Made by a program: the position numbers and the translations under genes. Positions 1 to 8,114 of a stretch of DNA of 20,000 nucleotides are shown here, one piece after another. Source of the DNA: Rhizaria sp. SCN 62-66. Its lineage: Eukaryota. Positions within the stretch are counted from its first letter, which is position 1; every line of letters starts with the position of its first letter. The stretch covers positions 51,955 to 71,954 of the forward strand of contig MEDY01000325.1 in the NCBI GenBank assembly GCA_001724265.1, read 5' to 3'. The notes under the pieces are model-generated. The model saw only the letters and a list, made by a program, of their open reading frames with translations. It searched no databases and was not told the origin of the DNA.

Positions 1-14
1 ACCGTGTCGGACAT
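1..14 (-). CDS. Possible start of a divergently transcribed gene running off the window edge (MSDT...)
   Basis: The minus strand reads GCC ATG TCC GAC ACG GT at 17->1. It is preceded by a pyrimidine-rich leader (purine-rich on +, 15-150) resembling the leader of the minus-strand gene starting at 13915. Only 4 codons are visible. Confidence 0.25.
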
Positions 15-397
15 GGCTCGCAAGCTGTCAAAAGGAATCGGGGGCAAACAAGCAAAAGCAGAAAGAAGGCGGCGGAGGGGCGCTGTTGGGAAGCGAGATG
101 GGAGAGGAGAGAGCCGTTTGAAGTGGAGCAGGAAGAACAAGGTCAGCAAATGAGACAGATGCATCGTGACCGGTATACAATTTAAAATACACATATACAT
201 TAAGTGCTCTATGTCGGTGAAACCGCGGTCATTTCATTAGAACGATTAGAAACGATACAAAGGGGTCGGTTTAGAATCGACCTCAGCCGATACGTTATCG
301 CCAGCCACAGCCGGCCCGCTGGACCAGCGAGCGAAGAGATCAAGTGGCGGAGAGGTGGCTGATTTTGTGGTATCAATTGCACCTGTCCCGACCGACC

Positions 398-1763
398 ATG
401 CAATCTTACAAGCCTAAGGAGTGGGTCAACAAAACGTCTTCTAACGCTGCAATTCCCGCGCAGACGCAAGCCGCGACCTCTGTGGATAATATCGACAGCA
501 GTGCGTACTTCAAGACGGGCGTTGTCTCCTCGGCCGCCGGTTCCTCCTACTACGAGTTTGGCGGCACCAAGGTCATCTGCGCCGTCTACGGCCCGCTTCC
601 CTCACTCAAAGCGCAGTCTTTCGACCGTGGTGTGCTTGTCTGCGAGTTCGAGTTCGCGCCCTTCGCCTCCAGCTCGATCACCAGCGCCAGCGCCAGCGCC
701 AGCTCCAGCTCCGGCGCCGCCGTCAGCGCCGTCGCCGCGGGGCCCGGCGCGGTGATCAACGCGTCCGCCAGCGCCAGTGCAGGCACGGCGGGCCGTCGCC
801 GCCGCGGCGGGCGCCAGGATCCCGAGGAGAGCTTGAACGCGTCGATGCTGCACGACGCGCTCTCGGTCGCCGTCCGGCTCGACCGCTTCCCCAAGCACGA
901 GGTGCGTCATCTATATCGGCTACATTGCACGATAACATTAATAGCATGGCCGTTGCCGTTGCATTGTTATTTCGATTATATGGTCACTATATGTCTTTTT
1001 TTTACCACATCAGCCTCTCATATACCTTCGATATCTCTCTCTATATGTCCTCTGCAGGTGCAAGTGTTGGTTCAGGTGCTCGAGCGCAACGGCGGCGAGC
1101 TCGCTGCGGCGATTAACGCCGCCGTCGTCGCGCTTGCGGACTCGGGCATCGAGATGCTTGATCTGGCCGCCGCCGCCACTGTGGTCCGTCTCTCTCCTGT
1201 TTCCTTCATGAAATCTATTCTAGTCATACCATACCATATCTCACTCAACTTACTCACACTCGCTCTCGTTACTCCTCATCTGCTCTTGTCGATATATAGG
1301 CTTACGACACGAAGGCCGGCGTGATCGTCACCCCCAGCTTCGCCCAGATGGCCTCGCGCCGCTGCCGCGGCACCCTCACCATGTCCTGCCTGCCTACCCT
1401 CAACCAGGTCTCGTTCATTCACCAGGTACGGCGCAGCAATCTCACACGATACCACTAGATATCGCTGATATTCAATGTGAAACTTTACTGTAATGTTGCA
1501 TATGTGAGTATCGTCAACGTGATAAAGTTTGCGCGAAGTTCACTCACATCTAAATCCTAATATCTTGTATCCTGTTGCAACAGACTGGTGCGCTGTCGAT
1601 CGAGCAGTCCGAGAGCCTGATCACCGCGGCGAACAAGCAATGCGCGGACATGGTGGCGGCCATTACCGCGCGGCTCATCAAGACTGCGACGCAGGCCCGC
1701 AAGGCCGAGCTCGCGGCTGCCTCTACCGCTGAGGCCATCGCGGCCGCGCTCGGCGACCAGTGA
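398..1763 (+). CDS. MTR3: Exosome complex RNase PH-like subunit, Mtr3/EXOSC6-like (311 aa; exons 398-901, 1058-1183, 1300-1425, 1584-1763)
   Basis: The spliced translation contains RNase PH motifs TGVVSSAAGSSYYEFGGTKVICAVYGP, CEFEFAPFA, LDRFPKHEVQVLVQVLERNGGELAAAINAAVVALADSGIEMLDL, and LTMSCLPTLNQVSFIHQTG, which resembles EXOSC6 LTVALMPVLNQV. Three GT-AG introns restore a continuous frame. Start context is ACC ATG and the stop is TGA. Mtr3 versus Rrp41/Rrp46 is judged from memory. Confidence 0.85.
902..1057 (+). other. Spliceosomal intron 1 of the Mtr3-like gene (156 nt, phase 0)
   Basis: GAG|GTGCGT ... CTCTGCAG|GTG. AT-rich; removal joins FPKHE to VQVLVQVLE. Confidence 0.85.
1184..1299 (+). 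other. Spliceosomal intron 2 of the Mtr3-like gene (116 nt, phase 0)
   Basis: GTG|GTCCGT ... ATATAG|GCT. Needed to switch into the GC-rich exon 3 frame. Confidence 0.8.
1426..1583 (+). other. Spliceosomal intron 3 of the Mtr3-like gene (158 nt, phase 0)
   Basis: CAG|GTACGG ... CCTAAT (branch-like) ... CAACAG|ACT. Removal gives FIHQ-TGALS. Confidence 0.8.
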
Positions 1764-2398
1764 ACACAATACGTAGTCAACAAAACAGCGCATTTAATGA
1801 ACAGCAAGATCACGTATCACGAACGTCCCGCTAAGCTAGTCATGTATTAGAGCTGTGCTTTGACTAATTGCTCTTATTTGACGCAACAGACTGAAAGTCA
1901 TCCCGTTATGCATGCTTTGTGAGAATGGATGGACTTGGCCCCCGAGCAGGCCAGAGTATTGCACAATCGCCACCTAGAAATAGATAACACGTTATACAAA
2001 TTATCCACATCTTGAACAACCATGAATTTGCAATAATAATGCTAACGACAATCATATCAGAGTGCTGCAGTGTATTTTAATGACTGGTTGAATGGCTGCA
2101 AGTGACCCACAGTCCTTGCTCTTGCAGTTTTGGGCTTGCCAACGGATACCTGCCTGGCAGGAGATGCGAGATGGCAACGGCCCTAAGGTCTTTCAAAGCT
2201 AATATGTGCCTTTAAACAGAAGCTAAACGAAATGATATGGATGTAAATAGTATTTATGCGAAGGTTCTCATTGTTTACTTCTTTATCTTTGTATTCTACC
2301 CGTAGGTTCATTGTCTAGCCCAGGCTTGATTTCCCACCCGTTAGACCACCCTAAATCTATCGCCGTTTACGTGCGATCACCACCGTTTCCTCACCGCA

Positions 2399-5300
2399 AT
2401 GAGTGATTCTGCTTGTCCCGTTGTGGATGCTGAGAAGGAGGTATGCATTCAACTAGATATTTGTTTTATATTACGTTCTGTTGCGGTTTTGCCACTGAAA
2501 CCTAAGTTCTTATCTCAGCCGCGTGCCCCTCACCTGCCGCTCGCTCACCGCCCTGCTTCCACAACTGTTGTCACATTTGCTTACTCTTTACTGTTACGTC
2601 ACCCTCTATAGGAGAAGAACATGCGCCTCCGCCAGCGCGTTCTTAGTGAGATCACCTCCTCTGAGAAAACCTATCTTACTGACCTCAACAACGTCATTTC
2701 CGTCTACATGGAGGTCCGTTTCCCTGCAAGCATGAGCATCTATCTTGAGCTATATAACTCGATCTACGATTTTATTCACGCGATATCAATCTTCATATTT
2801 CATATATTGCAATGTTTAACAACTGAGCGATCTATTTCATCATTGACTTCTGATATTTATCACTCGAAACTCCCTCCAAATCTCTTCATTGTCTCATCCG
2901 TTCACACTCAACCTTCTTTTTATAACCGTGCATTACACCCGTCTACAGCCTCTCGCGCGCGTTGCCGATGACATTGATAAGCAGGACGCCATTACTGCCG
3001 TCCAGTCCCTTTTTTCTCAGCTTTCTCAGATCCGCTCTTTCCACCAGATTCTCCTGGCGACGTTCGAGAGCTCGGTGACCGCGACTGACTACGCCGACAC
3101 CTTCATCAAGTACTCGGACTTCTTCAAGATGTACACAAGCTACATCAACAGCTACGACCAGCACATGGACTCCGTACAGCTGCTCCGCGGCGTCAAGCGC
3201 CTGAACGCGGTGCTGGACTCTGGTCGCGACAAGCTCAAGGGCCGCGACATCACGAGCTACCTGATCACGCCGGTGCAGCGAATCCCGCGCTTCGAGCTGC
3301 TGCTGCGAGAGGTGCTGCGCTACACGAGCGACGCCGACGAGACGGAGCGCCTCGACTTCGCGCTTGAGAAGGTCAAGGCCATCGCGCTTGTGATCAACGA
3401 GGACAAGCGCGCCGCCGAGCGTAAGTCAAAGCTGCTGGAGCTGGCCGCGACGCTCGTCGACCTCGACAAGTGCCTGCAGACGCCGCTGCTCGAGGCGCAT
3501 CGCCACTTCATCATGGAGGGCACGCTCGTGGACATTATCAAGAAGAAGCCGCGCCACTGCGTGCTCTTCAACGACCTGTTCCTGTGGTGCTCTCTGCCGA
3601 AGCTGCGCGTCAAGGGCGTGGTCAAGCTCGACAAGTCGGTTTTCATGACCCACGGCCAGGACCCTAGTGAAACGCAGGAATTCTCCGTCTCCGATGTCAA
3701 CACGCTCTTCCCCGAGCTCGCCGCCGCTGCTGCCGCGCAGGCCGAGGCCGAGGCCGAGGCGGAAGCCGCCGCCGCGATGTACAACAGCAACGGCTCCGGT
3801 GTATGCGACTACGAGCCCGATTCCCCCTGCTCGGCCGCGGGCGACATGTGGGCCACCGCGGCCGCTGCCGCCGGGCTCGAGGCACCCGCGAACTCCACGC
3901 TGCCCAGCAACAGCTTCGGCGACAGCGGGCTGACCAGTAGCAGCTCTGGCTTCGGAAACAGCAGCAGCTCCAACGACTGCCTCGATCTCGACATGCTGCC
4001 TTCCCCCACCGTCGGCCTCAACGCCAACACCAACAACGCTAGCAACAACGCCAACGGTGGCAACAACACTCCGATCATGATGAACGGCGCCTTTGCCCCC
4101 AACGCCACTCTCAATCTCTCCGCGATCGCCGCCGCGTCCGCCGCCGCCGTGGCGTCCCGCAACTACAGCAACAGCGTCAGCTCCAATGCCTCACAGCCCC
4201 AGTGCCCTAGCACCCCCGAGGTCAAGTCGCAGGCGCCCGAGCTCAAGCCGCTCAGCTCCGCCGACGTGCCCACCGCGGCTGTGGGCCAGGGCAGCCTTGT
4301 CTTCGTGCGCGCCTCGCCCGCCCTCCGCTCGCGCGCGGCGCTGTCTGCGGCGCCCATGTCGCGGCCCGGCTCCCGCGCCGGCTCGCGCGCGCCCTCGCTC
4401 GGCCGCGGCTCGCGCGCGCCGTCGCCCGCGCCCGGTGTGCTCAGCGACGCGTCGCTGCACGTCGAGTTCCGCTGGACCTCCGCGGACCGCGTGCCGCGCC
4501 CGCTCGCGCTGCGCCTCGCCGCCAACTGCCACGAAGACAAGCAGGAGTGGGTTGAGTCAGTCACCGAGGCGCTGCGCGACGTCGCCTGGATTCGCCCCGG
4601 TGCGCTGCCCAACCTCTGCTCGCCCTCGGCCTTCGCCAACGGCGGCGCGGGCGCAGGCGCGCAGTGCGCCGGCACGGGCTCCGGCGTCAACTCGCCCATC
4701 GCGGGCCCTATGGCGGCCGGCGGCACCCCCGGCACCAAGGGCCGCCGCGCCAGCTTCGGCGGCGCCGGCCCTGTCATGCGCTCGCCCAAGCGCTTCTCGC
4801 TGGGCGGCCTGGGCGCCTACAGCACGCTCACCGCGCCCCTCGGCTCCGTGCCCTGCGTGCCCACCTCCGCGGGCACTCCTGGTGCCAGCGGCAGCAGCAA
4901 CGGCTTCATGCCCGCCAACACGCTTGTCACCACGCTCAGCGGCTCCGGCAACGGCGCCAACAGCAGCGCGGTCCCGCTGGTGCGCCCCGCGGTGAGCACG
5001 CCATCGCGCACGGGCACGCCCTCGGCCATGCGCACGTACCGCCCCGTCATGCCGCATCTCGCGCCCGGCGCCGCCGGCGGCAACGCGGGCTTTGGCGCCG
5101 GCACCGCGCCCGCGGCCACGCTGGCCGCCGCGCTGGCCGCGGGCCCCAACGGCTTCGGCAACGTCAACATCGACGGCGTGTCGCCCACCAGCGCTAACAG
5201 CGCTTCGCATGGCGTCTTCGGCGGCAGCGGCGCAGGCGCGATGACCCCGCGCGTCGTCGCCCCGCGCGTCGCGGCCACGCCGCAGCACCAGCAGGGCCGC

Positions 5301-6335
5301 GCCGGCTCCCAAAGCTCCGGCACAGCCCCCGCCGCCGCCATGGCCGCCGCCGCCGCCGCGGGGCTGGCGCCCGGCTCCGCGGCGCACGCGTCCCTCTTCG
5401 GGCAGCCCGCGATGCACCCCGCCACTCCTGGCCCTAGCGCCGGCGCCGGCAGCAGCGCCAACAGCAACGCGCGCACCGTCGCGCGCCGCGCACTGCTCGC
5501 CACCAGCGTGACTAACTCCAACGCCATCGGCGTCGCCGTCGGCGGCGCGACTGCGGGGGCGAATGCGCACGCCGTGGGCACCCCGCGCGCCGCAACCGCG
5601 TACGTCGGCTCGGCCGCGGCCGCCAACAACAAGGCGCCCGTGTTCGGCCAGCCTGCCGCGCTCCCGGGCCAGAAGAAGCAGTTTGCCGTGTCCTCAGCTG
5701 TCAGCGCCAGCGGTCTGCGCCCGCTGTCGCCACCCGGCTCGGGGCCCGGCTCGCCGGTGCGCCAGAGCGTCAGCCCGAACAAGCGCGCCGCCACGGCCGC
5801 CCCCGCGGGCGCCTCGCCGACGGGATTCCGCCCGCGGCTCGCCTCGGCTAGCCCCACCAACGGGCTCTCCGGCCGTGTTGCCGAGCTCAGCATCGGCGGC
5901 GGCGGCGGCGACGGCGACGGCGACTCCCCCGCCAAGCAGCAGCGCCGGCGCCGCTCTGGCGGCCTCAAGAGCCCCAACGCCGCCGCGGCCGCCGGCGGCA
6001 AGCAGCTGCGCTCCCCGGGCGGCTGGAACGTGCGCTCCCCTCTTGCCAACAGCAACGGCAGCAACCAGGAGCCCCCACGCTCGCGCGCGCGCGGCCGTGG
6101 CTTCACGTTTGGTCACGACTCGCCCCCGCCCGCCAGCGCGGCCGGCGCCGACGCCGCTGGTGGGTCCCCGCGCTCGCCCATACAGAACAGTGCGCGCGTG
6201 CACAACCTGCGCTCCCCGCGCGCCGGCGGCAACGGCAACGCGGGCGCAGTCAAGTCTCCCGTCGGCTCGCCCGGCGACTTGATGGGCAAGGAGAACCGCA
6301 AGAGCCGCCGCCGCTCGGGCTGCAACCAGCAGTAA
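2399..6335 (+). CDS. Dbl-family Rho guanine nucleotide exchange factor (DH domain, split PH domain, long low-complexity C-terminus; 1176 aa; exons 2399-2440, 2612-2713, 2949-6335)
   Basis: DH signatures RQRVLSEITSSEKTYLTDL, FFKMYTSYINSYD, SYLITPVQRIPRFELLLREVLRYT and ALEKVKAIALVINEDKR. PH elements RHFIMEGTL, RHCVLFNDLFLWC and LAANCHEDKQEWVESV. Stop is TAA. The first exon (14 codons) is less certain; ATG 2621 is an alternative start. Confidence 0.9.
2441..2611 (+). other. Spliceosomal intron 1 of the RhoGEF gene (171 nt, phase 0)
   Basis: GAG|GTATGC ... CTCTATAG|GAG. Joins MSDSACPVVDAEKE to EKNMRLRQRV in frame. Confidence 0.65.
2714..2948 (+). other. Spliceosomal intron 2 of the RhoGEF gene (235 nt, phase 0)
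   Basis: GAG|GTCCGT ... CTACAG|CCT. Restores the DH helix-1 end VYME-PL. Confidence 0.85.
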
Positions 6336-6969
6336 GTGCAGTGAGCTTTTGAAGTCAAGCCTCCTCAGATGGTCACGTCGTCGCTGCAATTTTTGTTTCG
6401 TTGTTGAATGTATCATCATATGCATTTCAGTTAAAAATGGGTTCTTTTGATTGTTGTTGTTTTTTTGTTCGTTCCTGTTCTTGTCGTCTCTGCTGTCGCG
6501 TGTTTAATCATATTATTTTGTTTCTCAATGTTGGGCTGTGTGCTAATGTGTTGGGTTTCCCATATGAACAAGCATCGCTGTAGTTGCAAAAGCAACAATG
6601 ATGTTGGTCAAGTGCTTGTTTCGTATCTCAAAAGTAGTAGAGGTAATTAAAATCTGTCAACCATGAGTTTTTGCTGTGTTTAAGTGCAACGCCACGTTGT
6701 TTCAAAGAATTGCTTTGTTTGTAACAACAATCAATCCGTTTAAAGTGGTTGTTTCGCCTCCGTTTGCTCTCGTGTTGTTCTCGCTCTCTCAGTTGTCCTG
6801 AGTTTCCTGTTGTTGTTCTTGTGCCTCTGGAAGTTACACTCGCTTTGTATTGCATACTACGCGAGCGCAGTAACGAACAAGACCAGTCGCAAGACCTAAC
6901 ACGACGCATGCATGTAGTAGATATGTGTATGAGTGGCAATGTTTTGTTAATAAAGAGCTGTAATAAATG

Positions 6970-7370
6970 TCAAAGTACCGTACTTCTGCGGCAGCAGCAC
7001 AGCCTTCTGCGACTGCAGCACAGCTTTCTGCAACTACACTGTCGCCTTTTGCGGCTGTGGCGCTGGCGGCCCTGCCGTTGCGCCTTCCCCAAGGCTTCGA
7101 GTTGCGCCTTCTGCTGCGCCATCTGCTCCTCCACCAGCAAGCCCATCAGCTTCAGAAACAATTGCGAATCAGCGACAGCATCGGCAGCGGAATCAAGAGC
7201 AGAATCAGCAGCGGCATGAGAGCGCTGACAGGGGCAGCCACGGCGAGGCACGCTTCACCAGCGACCACCTCAGCTCCGAAAACGTCGGGTCTTCGGGATT
7301 GCGGGGCGCTCCGTCCAGGTAGCGCTAGTTGCCAGCGTACTGACCGGAGCCAGGTGGGACGCGGTGACGA
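6970..7370 (-). pseudogene. Frameshifted coding-like relic with coiled-coil-like heptads (EEQMAQQKAQLEA ... QKAVLQS QKAVLLP)
   Basis: A GC-richer island in an AT-rich intergenic region. Protein-like segments fall in three different minus-strand frames, with internal TAGs at 7327-7325 and 7036-7034. No convincing start codon. Confidence 0.35.
6983..7066. repeat. Degenerate 21-nt tandem repeat, about 4 units
   Basis: CTTCTGCGGCAGCAGCACAGC / CTTCTGCGACTGCAGCACAGC / TTTCTGCAACTACACTGTCGC / CTTTTGCGGCTGTGGCGCTGG. Confidence 0.75.
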
Positions 7371-8114
7371 AAACTTAGAATGCATTTTTCAAGTAGCATT
7401 TTTTATTATTTGCAATAAAAAAAAACTTCACATATTTCTACTATTAATGTGATATAATTATTGTGTTTATTCTAAAATTAGACTTTGTTTCATCCTTTTC
7501 CACTGTTTACAAGATTTCAGGCGTCTCATTTTTTAATCGAGTAAAGTTAGTTACACCTAGCTTAGTGGGTATCATTTCATGACGCCAACAATATGCACAC
7601 GTCATGATTAGTTGTGGCCGTCACACATTTGTCATTTATCTGGTTGGGTATGAACAACGTGATATACGGACACGTCCTTGCTTTTCTTTGAGCAAGGTCA
7701 GGACGTACTCATGTGTTCAGCTTCCCAGAACAAGACTTACGGTTGTTAAGAAAACGCAAACTTCATGCTTTTAACACGGTCAAATGTATTGTTATAATTA
7801 ATGGATAAGATTTTATTATGAGCAGCATCTTTCATGGCCGGGTTCTAAGCCAAATTAACAGTTGATCGAGTATCATGCCCGTCAAGGAGCGATCAAAAAC
7901 ATCTCGAACACAAACTTAATTCCACATCTAGCATACAAAATATACACAAACAAATAGTGATTGCACATCTAAAATATAAAAAACCGGCCGGCTTCGTATC
8001 CTTGATCTTACGAGGAACGAGTATCTTAACCGTAAACAGAGTTGAGTAAAAGGTCCTAAACTACCTAAGAAGTGCAAGTGCAGCCAAGCTGTTCACTGGC
8101 TTGGACCCCGCCAC

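Noticed and set aside
344-1324. 326-aa unspliced ORF with hydrophobic, membrane-like segments
   Set aside because: It reads through introns 1 and 2 and starts at a GTG; the spliced model from ATG 398 restores the RNase PH motifs.
2399-2611. ORF through RhoGEF intron 1 ending at an in-frame TAG followed by more coding sequence, as a second readthrough case
   Set aside because: The TAG is the 3' splice acceptor of an intron with a GTATGC donor and pyrimidine tract; splicing explains it.
4093-6425. Long overlapping alternative-frame and antisense ORFs within the RhoGEF (and likewise across 8100-13900 and 15100-17000)
   Set aside because: These are expected shadows of GC-rich, codon-biased low-complexity exons and carry no recognisable motifs.
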